This document shows positions 1-10,756 of a DNA stretch of 64,000 nt, piece after piece (within the stretch, counting starts at the first letter, position 1; each line of letters opens with the position of its first letter). Position numbers and translations under genes: made by a program. The stretch is from an uncultured Oscillospiraceae bacterium (GTDB lineage: Bacteria; Bacillota; Clostridia; Oscillospirales; Oscillospiraceae). Where the stretch lies: NCBI GenBank assembly GCA_944385675.1, contig CALWYD010000080.1, positions 35,193 through 99,192 of the forward strand, read 5' to 3'. The notes beneath the pieces were generated by a model. That model was not told where the DNA came from, ran no database searches, and saw only the letters and a program-made list of their open reading frames with translations.

Positions 1-2
1 CG

Positions 3-470
3 GTGGGCGTCCTGTTGGCCAAAGCCCTTGGTTATTCCTTCCTGGACGTGGATCTGGCTATCCAGCAGCAGGAGGGAGCCCTACTTCAGGAAATTTTGGA
101 TCGCCGCGGAGTGGATGCCTTTCTGGATGCGGAGGAACGGGCGGTCTGTTCTGTCTCCTGCACCCGACACGTCATTGCACCGGGGGGCAGCGCGGTGTGC
201 CGGGAGAAGGCCGCCCTGCATCTGAAATCTCTGGGGCCGGTGGTCTATCTGAAGGTTCCCCTGGAGGAGCTCTCCACCCGGATTCAAAACCTGTCCACTC
301 GGGGCATTGCCATGCAGCCGGGCCAGTCCCTGGCTGATGTCATGGCCTACCGCGCCCCGCTCTACGACAAATACGCCGATCTAATTGTGGACTGCGGTCG
401 GGAACAGTCCTTGGCCCAAACCGTACTGCTGGTTCTGGACAAGCTGCAGCAGGCCGGCCTGCGCCCATAG
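3..470 (+). CDS. aroK: Shikimate kinase (5' end truncated by window edge)
   Basis: GVLLAKALGYSFLDVD follows the P-loop position; VIAPGGS, VVYL, R..LY.KYAD motifs. Confidence 0.85.
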   Translation: MGVLLAKALGYSFLDVDLAIQQQEGALLQEILDRRGVDAFLDAEERAVCSVSCTRHVIAPGGSAVCREKAALHLKSLGPVVYLKVPLEELSTRIQNLSTRGIAMQPGQSLADVMAYRAPLYDKYADLIVDCGREQSLAQTVLLVLDKLQQAGLRP

Positions 471-547
471 TATGCGCCCCAGCCCGCGGGAACAGATGCG
501 GGCCTGGCGGACAAGCGCTCCGCCTGAATCAGTAAAGGAAGTATTCC

Positions 548-2362
548 ATGACATTTCGTGAACTGGGGCTGTGTGCCCCCATCCTTACCGCCCTGGCTGA
601 ACAGGGCTATGAAACTCCATCCCCTATTCAGGAAAAGGCTATTCCCCCCGCCCTGGCTGGCCGGGATGTGCTGGGCTGCGCCCAGACAGGCACTGGTAAG
701 ACCTGCGCCTTTGCTGCCCCCATCCTGCAGCGGCTGTCCGATGAAGCCCCCCAGGGGCGGCCCATCCGGGCCCTTGTTCTCACCCCTACTCGGGAGTTGG
801 CGATTCAAATTGATGAAAGCTTTGCTGCCTATGGCAGGCACTTAAAGCTGCGCCACGCTGTCATCTTCGGAGGGGTGGGGCAAAATCCCCAGGTGGAGGC
901 CCTGAAGCGAGGGGTTGATATCCTGGTGGCTACCCCCGGTCGGCTGATGGATCTCCACAACCAGGGTTTTGTCTCCCTGGATGACCTGGAAATCTTTGTT
1001 CTGGATGAGGCAGACCGCATGCTGGACATGGGCTTTATCCACGATGTGCGCAAGATTCTCCAGTGGCTGCCCGCCCGGAAGCAGACCATGGTCTTCTCCG
1101 CCACCATGCCCCCGGAGATTGGGGATCTGGTCAACTCCCTGCTGCGAAGCCCCGTGCGGGTGGCGGTGGATCCCGTCTCCTCCCCGGTGGAGGCCATCCG
1201 CCAGTGGGTCTACCCGGTGGACAAGGCCAACAAGACCAGGCTGCTGGCCTGGCTCATGGAGCAGAAGCAGGTGAAAAACGCCCTGGTCTTCACCCGCACC
1301 AAGCACGCAGCCAATAAGGTGGCCCGGGATTTGGTAAAAGAAGGTATCTCAGCGGCCGCCATCCACGGCAACAAGAGCCAAACTGCCCGGCAGCAGGCCC
1401 TGGCCGACTTCAAGGCCGGTAAAGTGCGCTGTCTGGTGGCCACCGACATTGCCGCCCGGGGATTGGATATTGAAGAGCTGTCCCACGTCTTCAACTATAA
1501 CCTCCCGGAGGTGCCCGAGACCTACGTCCACCGTATCGGCCGAACCGGCCGGGCAGGCCGGGGCGGGGAGGCCATCGCTTTCTGCGACTTTGCAGAGCAG
1601 CCTCTGCTGCGGGAGATTGAAAAACTCATCCACCGCTCTATCCCCCGGGTGGAGGATCACCCCTTCCCCATGGAGATCTTTGAAGCTCCCAAGCGGGACA
1701 AAAACGGCCGCATCATCAATGAAGAGGATGCAGAGGCCCGGGCTGCTGCCCGGGAAAAACGCCGGGCGCGGGACGAGGAGCGCCAAGCAGCCGCCCGGAC
1801 GGAGCGCCTGGCCCGTCAAGAGAAGGAGAGCCGGGCCCTCCAGGCTCTGGAAGCGCAGAAAGTGCAGGAAAAGGCCCGCCGCCGGGGAAAGTCGTCTCAG
1901 TCCCCTTCCAAGCTCCCGGAAGCTTCCACCCCAAGGCCCAAATTCACCCGTTCCGGCCAGCTGCTGGACACCGGGGATGCCATGCCGCGCACCGACTTTC
2001 ACCGGCCTAACCCTCTGGACAGCGACGTAGTGATGGACGCCACCGCCCGGCTGCTGTCCTCCCACCGGTCTGCCCGACCTCAGGCTTTCGGCCATCAGGA
2101 GACCGAGCATCCCGCCTCCCGCCGCAGGAGAAAAAAACGCGGTCAGGCCCAGTCTTCGCAACCCCCTCAGGCTCCCCAGCGGGAGCAAGCAGCCCCCTCT
2201 CCCGCGGCAGGCAGCAAGACCCGCTCCCCGTCGAAAAAAAAGCGCAGGGGCCACTCCAGCGGTCTTCATGAGCCCCACCTGGATCCCCACCGTCACCAGC
2301 TCAAGGACTCTACTCAGCAGCCCAGTTTGATGAAGCCTTACTATTTGGATATGGACCGGTGA
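548..2362 (+). CDS. DEAD-box RNA helicase (RhlE-like) with long basic disordered C-terminal tail
   Basis: Q motif, [34 protein letters not shown]. Confidence 0.95.
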   Translation: MTFRELGLCAPILTALAEQGYETPSPIQEKAIPPALAGRDVLGCAQTGTGKTCAFAAPILQRLSDEAPQGRPIRALVLTPTRELAIQIDESFAAYGRHLKLRHAVIFGGVGQNPQVEALKRGVDILVATPGRLMDLHNQGFVSLDDLEIFVLDEADRMLDMGFIHDVRKILQWLPARKQTMVFSATMPPEIGDLVNSLLRSPVRVAVDPVSSPVEAIRQWVYPVDKANKTRLLAWLMEQKQVKNALVFTRTKHAANKVARDLVKEGISAAAIHGNKSQTARQQALADFKAGKVRCLVATDIAARGLDIEELSHVFNYNLPEVPETYVHRIGRTGRAGRGGEAIAFCDFAEQPLLREIEKLIHRSIPRVEDHPFPMEIFEAPKRDKNGRIINEEDAEARAAAREKRRARDEERQAAARTERLARQEKESRALQALEAQKVQEKARRRGKSSQSPSKLPEASTPRPKFTRSGQLLDTGDAMPRTDFHRPNPLDSDVVMDATARLLSSHRSARPQAFGHQETEHPASRRRRKKRGQAQSSQPPQAPQREQAAPSPAAGSKTRSPSKKKRRGHSSGLHEPHLDPHRHQLKDSTQQPSLMKPYYLDMDR

Positions 2363-2408
2363 GCATCTGGGCGCAAGAGGATATTACCCACAGGAGGATT
2401 ATAAAACG

Positions 2409-3746
2409 ATGGATTATCAGGCACTTTATCAGCAGAAACTGACCACTCCCCAGCAGGCGGTTCAGGTGGTTCAGTCCGGCGACTGGGTAGACTACGGCTG
2501 GTGCACCAACCACCCCATTGTTCTGGACCGAGCCCTGGCTGCCCGGAAGGATGAGCTGCACGATGTAAAGGTACGGGGCGGGGTCACCATGTGGATGCCC
2601 GAGATCGCCAAGGCGGACGATGCCGGGGAGCACTTTACCTGGAACAGCTGGCACTGCAGCGGCATCGACCGGAAGATCATTGCCAAGGGCATGGGCTTCT
2701 TCAGCCCTATGCGCTATTCCGAGCTGCCCCGGTTCTATCGGGAGAACCTGAGCGTGGATGTTGCCATGATCCAGGTCACCCCCATGGACAGCCACGGCAA
2801 CTTCAGCTATGCCCTGGCTGCCTCCCACCTGGCCGACATGCTGGGCAAGGCCAAGGTCATTATTGTGGAAGTCAACCCCAGCCTGCCCTGGGTATACGGC
2901 CTGACCGGCTGTGAAATCAACATTCAGGATGTGGACTATGTGGTGGAGGGGGACGGCGCCCCTGTGGCCCAGCTGGGCGGCGGCGGGGAACCCACCGACG
3001 TGGATCGGGCGGTGGCCCAGCTGATTGTGGAGCAGATCCCCAATGGGGCCTGCCTGCAGCTGGGCATCGGCGGCATGCCCAACACCGTGGGCTCCATGAT
3101 CGCCCAGTCTGACCTGAAGGATCTGGGTGTGCACACTGAGATGTACGTGGACGGCTTTGTGGATCTGGCCCTGGCGGGCAAGATTACCGGACGGAATAAA
3201 TCCTTGGACAAGGGCCGGCAGGTATACGCCTTTGCGGCGGGCACCCAAAAGCTCTATGACTATGTCAACCGCAACCCCCACGTCATGGCCGCCCCTGTGG
3301 ACTACACCAACGATGTACGGGTTATTGCTCAGCTGGATAACTTTATCTCCATCAACAACGCCATCGACCTGGATCTCTTCGGCCAGGTGAATGCCGAGTC
3401 CGCCGGGCTGCAGCACATCTCCGGCACAGGCGGCCAGTTGGACTTTGTCATGGGCGCCTACCTCTCCAAGGGCGGCAAGAGCTTTATCTGCATGTCCTCC
3501 ACCGTCACCGGAAAGGACGGCAGCGTAAAAAGCCGCATCGTCCCCACCCTTACCCCCGGCTCCATCGCCACCGACCCCCGCTCCTGTGTGCAGTACCTAG
3601 TCACCGAGTACGGCATGATCAACCTGAAGGGCCTGTCCACCTGGGAGCGGGCCAAGGCCATCATCTCCATCGCCCACCCCGACTTCCGGGAGCAGCTTAT
3701 CCGGGACGCGGAGAAGATGGGCATCTGGCGCCGCAGCAACAAGTAA
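2409..3746 (+). CDS. but: Butyryl-CoA:acetate CoA-transferase (acetyl-CoA hydrolase/transferase family)
   Basis: [19 protein letters not shown] start, [34 protein letters not shown]; RBS GGAGG. Confidence 0.85.
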   Translation: MDYQALYQQKLTTPQQAVQVVQSGDWVDYGWCTNHPIVLDRALAARKDELHDVKVRGGVTMWMPEIAKADDAGEHFTWNSWHCSGIDRKIIAKGMGFFSPMRYSELPRFYRENLSVDVAMIQVTPMDSHGNFSYALAASHLADMLGKAKVIIVEVNPSLPWVYGLTGCEINIQDVDYVVEGDGAPVAQLGGGGEPTDVDRAVAQLIVEQIPNGACLQLGIGGMPNTVGSMIAQSDLKDLGVHTEMYVDGFVDLALAGKITGRNKSLDKGRQVYAFAAGTQKLYDYVNRNPHVMAAPVDYTNDVRVIAQLDNFISINNAIDLDLFGQVNAESAGLQHISGTGGQLDFVMGAYLSKGGKSFICMSSTVTGKDGSVKSRIVPTLTPGSIATDPRSCVQYLVTEYGMINLKGLSTWERAKAIISIAHPDFREQLIRDAEKMGIWRRSNK

Positions 3747-3756
3747 AAATTTTTAT

Positions 3757-3791
3757 AAAAAATGCCTGTGCGCAATGCACAGGCATTTTTT
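3757..3791. terminator. Bidirectional intrinsic terminator
   Basis: AAAAAATGCCTGTGC-GCAAT-GCACAGGCATTTTTT between convergent genes. Confidence 0.8.
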
Positions 3792-3954
3792 ATTTTACCA
3801 GCTCCCACTGGAAATCCTCCAGCTTCAGCCGGCTGCCCACCGTGGTGCCCTCCGGCAGGAGAAACATGGTGATGGAGTGGGGCTGTCCCTGGCTGCTCAC
3901 CAGATCGGCATAGTCCCCGTTAATGGACTGAACCGTATAATAAACAGGTTCCAT
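3790..3954 (-). CDS. Small hypothetical protein, 54 aa (not in ORF track)
   Basis: Manual translation MEPVYYTVQSINGDYADLVSSQGQPHSITMFLLPEGTTVGSRLKLEDFQWELVK*; AAGGAGG RBS; ends in terminator. Confidence 0.7.
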   Translation of the reverse strand: MEPVYYTVQSINGDYADLVSSQGQPHSITMFLLPEGTTVGSRLKLEDFQWELVK

Positions 3955-4041
3955 GGCTCCTCCTTATAAAAGTCCGTTTTATAGGACTTACTGTTTTGTA
4001 GAATAGGGCTGTAAATCAGGCAGGGAAAGGAGCAAAACAGA

Positions 4042-4161
4042 ATGGATTACAACATTGTTTGGGTACGGGGGCACGTGGAAGTATACGACTGGGCGGGCCG
4101 GTTTTGCTTCTCCGCCGACAGTGAGCGGGAAGCCCGGGAAGAGCTGGAACTGACCGCCTGA
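4042..4161 (+). CDS. Small protein, 39 aa (not in ORF track)
   Basis: MDYNIVWVRGHVEVYDWAGRFCFSADSEREAREELELTA*; AAAGGAG RBS; followed by terminator. Confidence 0.7.
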   Translation: MDYNIVWVRGHVEVYDWAGRFCFSADSEREAREELELTA

Positions 4162-4179
4162 AAAGGCTGATAACCTAAG

Positions 4180-4216
4180 CCGGGAGGCTGGGGGTAGCCC
4201 GGCCTCCCGGTTTTTT
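4180..4216 (+). terminator. Intrinsic terminator
   Basis: CCGGGAGGCTGGG...CCCGGCCTCCCGG-TTTTTT. Confidence 0.8.
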
Positions 4217-4222
4217 GTTCTC

Positions 4223-4852
4223 TTACGAGTCAATAAAACTGCGGATGCGCAGCTTGACCCCCAGGCGCGCGGCAATGTCCTTGCAGTTTTGGATCTCCTG
4301 CGGACTCTTGTCCTTGTCCACAATGGTGAAAACCACATTGGGGACATAGTCCTTGGCTTCACTGGCAAAGTCCAGCATGGCCTGGTAGGCCGCCTCCCCC
4401 TGCACCGGGTGACACAGGGCGGCATAGCCTGCAGCGTTGTCCGAATTGAGAGAGATGGACAGGGTGTCGATGCGCCCCCGGAGCTGCGGACATACATCCC
4501 GGCCCAAAATCAGGTTGGCATGGCCGTTTGTATTGATACGCACGGGGGGCAGCTTCTCCCCAAAGCGCTTTTTCAGCTCATCCACCAGCCACAGAATATC
4601 GTCCAGGCGGTAGGTGGGCTCTCCATAGCCGCAGAAGACAATTTCCCGGTAGGAACACACGTCCCGACCCAGAAAACTGTCCAGGGCCTCCTGCCGGGTG
4701 GGCTCCCGCTCCAGCCACAGGGAGTCCTGCGTATAGATGGACCCCTGGGCCTTCCCGTGGCGCAGACAGAATTCACAGTTGCAGTTACACTTGTTGGTGA
4801 GGTTTACATACAGCGCGCCCTCATATTCGTAGGTGATGGTCATAGCCTTCAC
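4223..4852 (-). CDS. TatD-associated radical SAM protein
   Basis: YVNLTNKCNCNCEFC (CxxxCxxC), VFCGYGEPT, RINTNG; overlaps the tatD stop. Confidence 0.9.
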   Translation of the reverse strand: MKAMTITYEYEGALYVNLTNKCNCNCEFCLRHGKAQGSIYTQDSLWLEREPTRQEALDSFLGRDVCSYREIVFCGYGEPTYRLDDILWLVDELKKRFGEKLPPVRINTNGHANLILGRDVCPQLRGRIDTLSISLNSDNAAGYAALCHPVQGEAAYQAMLDFASEAKDYVPNVVFTIVDKDKSPQEIQNCKDIAARLGVKLRIRSFIDS

Positions 4853-5625
4853 GCCTCCTTAATGTTAAAAAACTGCCTGCCGTTTTCCAGGGTGATGCGG
4901 GCTACTTCTTCCGGCTCCAGCCCCTTCACCTGGGCAATTTTTTCCGCCACCAGATGCACCTTCCCAGAGTCGTTGCGCTTGCCCCGGAATGGCTCCGGCG
5001 TGAGGTAGGGGGAATCGGTCTCAATCATAATCCGATCCATGGGCAGCCAGTCAATCACTTCCAGGGCTTTCCGGGCATTTTTGTAAGTTACCACCCCGGT
5101 AAAGGAGATCATCCACCCCAGCTTCACCAAGATTTTAGCGTCCTCCAGGCTGCCGGAATAGCAGTGATATACCCCCCGTACCCGGGGATACTCCCGGACA
5201 ATGGACAGGCAGTCCTGGTGGGCCTCCCGGTCGTGGACGATGACAGGCAGATCCAGTTCCTCCGCCAGTTCCAGCTGCCGGCGAAACACCTGCTGTTGCA
5301 GCTCCCGGGGCGGATTTTCCTTCCAGTAGTAGTCCAGACCGATCTCCCCAATGGCCTTTACTTTTGCATGGCCGGCCAGCTGTCTCAGTTCCCCCAGCCA
5401 GCCATCCTCCCATGCCCCGCAGTCAGAGGGGTGTACCCCCACAGCGGCATAGACAAAGGGAAACTGTTCCGCCAGGGCCACAGCGGTACGGGAACTCTCC
5501 AACTCGCAGCCTGGGTTCAAAATGAGCTTCACCCCTTGCCCGGGCATTGAGGCCAGAACTTCCAGCCGGTCGGCGTTGAATGCCCCTGAATCATAGTGGG
5601 CGTGGGTGTCAAATACATGCAGCAC
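4849..5625 (-). CDS. tatD: TatD family hydrolase
   Basis: DTHAH, GVHP, GEIGLDY, VHDREA, HCYSG, ETDSPY; GTG start after GGAGG. Confidence 0.93.
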   Translation of the reverse strand: MLHVFDTHAHYDSGAFNADRLEVLASMPGQGVKLILNPGCELESSRTAVALAEQFPFVYAAVGVHPSDCGAWEDGWLGELRQLAGHAKVKAIGEIGLDYYWKENPPRELQQQVFRRQLELAEELDLPVIVHDREAHQDCLSIVREYPRVRGVYHCYSGSLEDAKILVKLGWMISFTGVVTYKNARKALEVIDWLPMDRIMIETDSPYLTPEPFRGKRNDSGKVHLVAEKIAQVKGLEPEEVARITLENGRQFFNIKEA

Positions 5626-5761
5626 AGCGGTTCCTCCCGGTATATGCATTTCTCATTGGCCTATCATACCCTTTTTCTTTAAAAAAAGCAAGGCTGCCCC
5701 AAGGACTCTCTCCACATCCGCCGAAAAACCGGCGCAGGCCATGCCCGCACCGGCTTTTCCC

Positions 5762-6490
5762 TTAAAATATCGCGGTATAGGCAGCGCCCAATACCAGGGC
5801 AGGCAGCATATTGGCTACCCGAAATTTCGGCCCAAAGGCCAGATTTATCCCCACGCAGAAAACGAGCATAGCCCCCAGCGCAGATAAGTTATCCACTATC
5901 TCCGGGCGAAACACCGGAGCCAGACCCCCTGCGCACAGAGTCACGGTTCCCTGCAGCACCCCCACGGGCAGAGCGGAAAACACCGCCCCCTTGCCATAGG
6001 TAGAGGCAAAGATGATGACAATTAAAAAGTCCAGGATGGACTTGGTGAACAGCGTGGTGGGGTCACCGGACATTCCATCCTGAATGGACCCCACAATGGC
6101 CATGGCTCCGATACAGACAGTGAGGGAGGCGGTGACAAACCCCTGGACAAACCGGCTGTCTCCGCCGCCCCGGTCGGCCCGGGCCTTCAGCCACACGCCC
6201 AGCCGCTCCAGCCGCCCTTCCAGGTCCAGCCACTCCCCTGCCAAGCTCCCCAGGGCAAGGGCCAGAATCATCCCCAGCGTCTCCTTCATGGATACGCCGG
6301 TCAGCGTTCCCCCTTCTACCTTCAACATTCCCGGCAACGCCCCCGAGGCTCCGATAAACATGGTACATAGGCCCAGAGCCTGTATCACCACCTGCTGCCG
6401 CCGCTCCCCCAGGCCGCCCCGGAACACCAGACCCAGACTGCCTCCTATTACAATGGCCGACACATTGACAAGGGTGCCCACACCCACCAT
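5762..6490 (-). CDS. DUF554 (YdfK/YqgA-like) membrane protein
   Basis: GTLVN..AI..G, FVTASLTVCIGAMAIVGSIQDG, KSILD, RVANMLP. Confidence 0.88.
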   Translation of the reverse strand: MVGVGTLVNVSAIVIGGSLGLVFRGGLGERRQQVVIQALGLCTMFIGASGALPGMLKVEGGTLTGVSMKETLGMILALALGSLAGEWLDLEGRLERLGVWLKARADRGGGDSRFVQGFVTASLTVCIGAMAIVGSIQDGMSGDPTTLFTKSILDFLIVIIFASTYGKGAVFSALPVGVLQGTVTLCAGGLAPVFRPEIVDNLSALGAMLVFCVGINLAFGPKFRVANMLPALVLGAAYTAIF

Positions 6491-6688
6491 GGCCCCCACC
6501 TCCACAGTTCTTTTGCCGCCCAAAAGCCAGCGATGCCGCTACATTATAAACAAAAAACTCCCCCTTGTCAAAGGGGGACGTTGCAGGGGCCGGGCGGCTG
6601 TGCTATACTTACTCTGTTCCCAAAGCACTACCCCGCTTTCAGGGAATGTGAGGCACACCGTCTCCAATGGGAAAGGAGAAGTTTCACC

Positions 6689-7528
6689 ATGAGAACTATT
6701 TTCGCCTCGGCCATTACAGACACAGTGGCCAGGCTATGTATTCAGGCCAACTCTCAGCTGCCCCCTGATGTGGCCGCCGCCCTGAAGCGGGCCAACAGGG
6801 CTGAGCCCTGGCCTCTGGCCCGGGAAACGCTGGAGCTTCTGCAGGATAACCTGGATTTGGCGCGGATACGGAACCTGCCCATCTGTCAGGATACGGGCAT
6901 GGCCTGCGTGTTCGTAGAACTGGGGCAGGACGTGCATATCCAGGGCGATTTTGAACAGGCCATCCATCAAGGGGTGCGCCAGGGATATGGCGAGGGCTAT
7001 CTGCGCAAATCCCTGGTGGCCGATCCCCTGCGGCGGGTAAACACCGGAGACAATACCCCTGCCACCCTCACCCTCCGCTTAGTACCTGGGGACAAATTGA
7101 CCATTACCGTGGCTCCCAAGGGTTTCGGGAGTGAAAATATGAGCCGCCTTGCCATGCTCCGCCCCGCCGACGGGGTAGAGGGCGTGAAGCAGTTTGTGGT
7201 GGAGACAGTACGCCTGGCCGGCCCCAACCCCTGCCCGCCCATTATTCTTGGAGTGGGCGTGGGCGGCTCCTTTGACAAGGTGGCCGCACTGGCTAAGCAC
7301 GCCCTGCTGCGCCCCCTGGACCGTCCCCATCCGGATCCCTTCTACGCCGCCCTGGAACAGGAGCTGCTGGAAAAAATCAATTCTCTGGGCATCGGTCCCC
7401 AGGGCTTTGGTGGGAAAACCACCTGTCTGGGCCTGGCCATTGAGGCGGCGCCTACCCACGTTGCCGGGCTGCCGGTGGCCGTCAACGTCAGCTGCCACGT
7501 CACCCGGCGGGCTACCGCAGAGCTATAG
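6689..7528 (+). CDS. Fe-S hydro-lyase alpha subunit (class I fumarate hydratase/tartrate dehydratase)
   Basis: PICQDTG, KGFGSENMS, NPCPP, CHVTRR; ATG after AAGGAG. Confidence 0.9.
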   Translation: MRTIFASAITDTVARLCIQANSQLPPDVAAALKRANRAEPWPLARETLELLQDNLDLARIRNLPICQDTGMACVFVELGQDVHIQGDFEQAIHQGVRQGYGEGYLRKSLVADPLRRVNTGDNTPATLTLRLVPGDKLTITVAPKGFGSENMSRLAMLRPADGVEGVKQFVVETVRLAGPNPCPPIILGVGVGGSFDKVAALAKHALLRPLDRPHPDPFYAALEQELLEKINSLGIGPQGFGGKTTCLGLAIEAAPTHVAGLPVAVNVSCHVTRRATAEL

Positions 7529-7670
7529 CCGGGAAACCTCCGTCCGCTCCCACGTGCCGGTCTTGCGTCCGGCCGTCTCAGCGCTTTCCCAGGCGCCGCG
7601 GCCGGCTTCATGGTATCTGCTGTCTGCCACGTAAGAAATCACAAGTCTGAACCCACTGGAGGTCATCTCT

Positions 7671-8225
7671 ATGCAGTATAAACTGACTACCCCTGTCACC
7701 CGGGAAGACCTTTCCCCCCTGCGTGCGGGGGACACCGTGCTGCTCTCCGGAGTGGTATACACCGCGCGGGACGCAGCCCATAAGCGCATGATGGAGCTGT
7801 TGGACGCTGGACAACCCCTCCCCTTCCCCGTGGAGGGCTCAGCCATCTACTATGTGGGCCCTACCCCTGAACGGCCCGGCCAAATTATTGGCTCTGCCGG
7901 CCCCACTACCAGCGGTCGCATGGACCCCTACTCCCCCCGCCTCTTGGACCTGGGACAGGCCATTATGATTGGCAAGGGTGCCAGGAACCAGGCGGTCAGA
8001 GAGGCTGTGGTGCGCAACGGAGCGGTATATCTGGCCGCTCTGGGAGGTGCAGGCGCCTTGATGGCTGACAGCGTGCGCTCCCTGGAAGTTATTTGCTGGG
8101 AAGATCTGGGTTGTGAGGCCGTAAGAAAGCTGGTGGTAAAAAATTTCCCCCTCACCGTTATCCTGGACCCCTATGGGGGCAACCTGTATGAGAGCGGGCC
8201 GGCCGCTTACCTGGCCAGCCTGTGA
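7671..8225 (+). CDS. Fe-S hydro-lyase beta subunit
   Basis: TARDAAH, GPTTSGRMD, IGKG, LGCEA. Confidence 0.9.
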   Translation: MQYKLTTPVTREDLSPLRAGDTVLLSGVVYTARDAAHKRMMELLDAGQPLPFPVEGSAIYYVGPTPERPGQIIGSAGPTTSGRMDPYSPRLLDLGQAIMIGKGARNQAVREAVVRNGAVYLAALGGAGALMADSVRSLEVICWEDLGCEAVRKLVVKNFPLTVILDPYGGNLYESGPAAYLASL

Positions 8226-8273
8226 CCCCACTCATTTTCTCTCTGTTATTTTTCCGCTGAAAGGAGTAAACCT

Positions 8274-9335
8274 ATGAAACGAACCTTATCTCTTCTGTTG
8301 TGCGCCGCACTGTCCCTGTCCCTGTTGGCCGGCTGCGGCCCTAAGGGGGGAGACTCTTCCTCCGCCCCCCAATCTTCCTCTTCTTCCTCTCAGGGCGGGG
8401 ATGAGTCAGAAGTCTCCTCCCAGGGCGGCAGCCAGACGGACTCAGAGCTTCCCCGGCTGATGGTTCTCTCCGGCCCCACCGGAGTAGGCGCCGCCAAATT
8501 GATGGCAGACTGGGAGGAGGGCAGTCAGGCTGTGATCGCCTCTGCCACCGTGGAGGCGGATAACCAGGTGGTATCTAACGCCCTGGTCAACGGGGACACA
8601 GATATCGCCGCCATGGCCACCAACGTGGCCGCCAGTCTATATGCCAAAACCGACGGGGCTATCCAGGTGCTGTGCATCAACACCTTGGGCGTGCTGTACC
8701 TCCTGGAGAAGGGGGAGAGCGTCCACGCCATCACGGATTTGGCGGGCAAAACAGTATACGCCACCGGCCAGGGGGCCAATCCGGAGTATGTACTCAACTA
8801 CCTGCTGACAGAAAACAAGGTGGATCCCGCCTCGGTGGACATCCAGTGGATGACTGCCCAGGAGGTCAGTGCAAAGATGACTTCCTCCCAGGAGGGAATC
8901 TGCATGCTTCCCGTCCCTGCCGCTACCGCCCTGCTCCTTCAGGACAGCGACATCCGCCAGGCCATCTCCCTGTCCAGCGTCTGGGACGGTCTGGAGCGGG
9001 GTTCTCTGCCCATGGGCTGTATTGTAGCCAGGGCCGACTATGTGCAGGAACATCCCCAGGAGGTAGAGGCCTTCCTCCAGGCCTATCAGTCCTCCATCTC
9101 CTATATGTCTGACCCGGCTAATCTGGAACAGGCCGCCCAGCTGGTGGCCCAGTTCGGCATCACCGCCAACCAGCAGGTGGCTGCCGCCGCCATCCCCCAG
9201 TGTAACCTCACATATTTGGCAGGGGAGGAAATGAGACAGACCCTGGAGGGCTACTATCAGGTCCTCATTCAGGCCGACCCCGCCTCAGTGGGCAGCGCCA
9301 TGCCCTATGACTCCTTCTACTATGGAGCCGGTTAA
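8274..9335 (+). CDS. NitT/TauT-type ABC transporter substrate-binding lipoprotein
   Basis: Lipobox LLAGC, Ser-rich linker, GPTG, NTLGVLY, GQGANPEY. Confidence 0.85.
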   Translation: MKRTLSLLLCAALSLSLLAGCGPKGGDSSSAPQSSSSSSQGGDESEVSSQGGSQTDSELPRLMVLSGPTGVGAAKLMADWEEGSQAVIASATVEADNQVVSNALVNGDTDIAAMATNVAASLYAKTDGAIQVLCINTLGVLYLLEKGESVHAITDLAGKTVYATGQGANPEYVLNYLLTENKVDPASVDIQWMTAQEVSAKMTSSQEGICMLPVPAATALLLQDSDIRQAISLSSVWDGLERGSLPMGCIVARADYVQEHPQEVEAFLQAYQSSISYMSDPANLEQAAQLVAQFGITANQQVAAAAIPQCNLTYLAGEEMRQTLEGYYQVLIQADPASVGSAMPYDSFYYGAG

Positions 9336-10107
9336 ACAAAAAAAATCCATCCCCGCCTTGCTGCTGCCCTCGGCCTTCTGGCTGGGGGCTTGGCAGCTGG
9401 GGGCCTACTGGGTGGATCGTCACGTGGACGGTCACGGCAACGAGTTGCTGCTCCCTTACCCCGCTTCTGTTCTCTCCGCCCTGCTGGAATTGCTCCCCAC
9501 CCCTGCCTTCTGGGCCACGGTGGGGACCACCCTCTTGCGGGTGGCCGTGGGTCTGGCGGCGGGGCTGCTGCTGGGCACTGTTTTAGCCGGGGTCACCTGC
9601 GCCTGGACGTGGTGGGATCGGCTGCTCTCCCCCGCAATTCGCACTGTCCGGGCCACCCCAGTGGCCTCTTTTATCTTGCTAGTGCTGCTGTGGACGGGCC
9701 GGAACACCGTTCCCGCCGTCATCTCCGCCTTGATGGTGCTGCCGGTGGTGTGGGAAAACCTGTCCCGGGGCATTCGTTCCGCCGACCCCAAGCTGTTGGA
9801 GCTGGCCCGGGCCTATCGCTTCCCCCGGTGGAAAACCCTGGGGTTGATTTATCTTCCCTCCCTGCGGCCCTACTTTCTCTCCGCCCTCACCACTTCCGTG
9901 GGGCTGGCCTGGAAATCCGGAGTGGCTGCCGAGGCCATCTGCTGGCCCCGCCCCGGGGTAGGTACTCAGATTTACAACACCAAGCTTTACCTGGAGATCC
10001 CAGAGCTGTTTGCCTGGACCGCCACAGTAGTGGCCCTGTCACTCTTTTTGGAGTGGCTGCTGAACCTGGCTCTGAGTCGATGGAAGGGAGGCGGGGGCCA
10101 TGCTTAA
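9307..10107 (+). CDS. ABC transporter permease (NitT/TauT)
   Basis: Hydrophobic; [20 protein letters not shown]. Confidence 0.85.
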   Translation: MTPSTMEPVKQKKSIPALLLPSAFWLGAWQLGAYWVDRHVDGHGNELLLPYPASVLSALLELLPTPAFWATVGTTLLRVAVGLAAGLLLGTVLAGVTCAWTWWDRLLSPAIRTVRATPVASFILLVLLWTGRNTVPAVISALMVLPVVWENLSRGIRSADPKLLELARAYRFPRWKTLGLIYLPSLRPYFLSALTTSVGLAWKSGVAAEAICWPRPGVGTQIYNTKLYLEIPELFAWTATVVALSLFLEWLLNLALSRWKGGGGHA

Positions 10108-10681
10108 GCTGGAAGGGCTGTCTTTTTCCTACGGAGAGAGGCTGGTGCTGCAGGACTTCTCCCTTACCTTGCCTCTAGAGGGCATTGCCGTCCTGCGTGG
10201 CCCCTCGGGCTGCGGAAAAACCACTCTGCTCCGTCTGTTAGCCGGGCTGGAGCACCCCCAGAAGGGGCGCATCACCGGTCTGGAGGGGCAGACATGCGCC
10301 ATCCTCTTTCAGGAGGACCGCCTGCTGCCCTGGCGCACTGTGGAACAGCATCTCACCGATGTACTGCCTCGGCCGCATCGGGAGGAGGCGAGGACCTGGC
10401 TGGAGCTTGTGGAACTGGCGGGGGAGGAGACAGTCTACCCCTCCGCACTGTCGGGAGGGATGGGCCGGCGGCTGGCCCTGGCCCGGTGTCTGGCTCTGGG
10501 GGGCGATTTTCTGCTGCTGGATGAGCCCTTTGCCGGGGTGGATCCGGCCCGGGCACAGCGGATTCTGGCCCGGATCCGGGCTCTGGGCACGCCGGTGCTG
10601 CTTACCAGCCACCAAGCTCCCGTTTTGGACCTGGCCGACCGGGTTATCTCCCTGGAGGGTCCTCCCCTGAGACAGCTTTGA
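10100..10681 (+). CDS. ABC transporter ATP-binding protein
   Basis: [23 protein letters not shown]. Confidence 0.9.
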   Translation: MLKLEGLSFSYGERLVLQDFSLTLPLEGIAVLRGPSGCGKTTLLRLLAGLEHPQKGRITGLEGQTCAILFQEDRLLPWRTVEQHLTDVLPRPHREEARTWLELVELAGEETVYPSALSGGMGRRLALARCLALGGDFLLLDEPFAGVDPARAQRILARIRALGTPVLLTSHQAPVLDLADRVISLEGPPLRQL

Positions 10682-10690
10682 TCACAATAT

Positions 10691-10730
10691 GAAACCCCGG
10701 GACACCTGATTTCAGGCGTCCCGGGGTTTT
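10691..10730. terminator. Bidirectional terminator
   Basis: AAACCCCGGGACACCTG...CAGGCGTCCCGGGGTTTT. Confidence 0.75.
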
Positions 10731-10756
10731 ATGGTTATACACAGAACAGAAGACCT

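Noticed and set aside
471-547. Two small hairpins upstream of the DEAD-box helicase as a thermosensor
   Set aside because: They do not sequester the RBS; GC-rich hairpins are expected by chance
3960-4220. 6S RNA or other ncRNA in the intergenic gap
   Set aside because: Better explained by a small ORF with RBS and terminator
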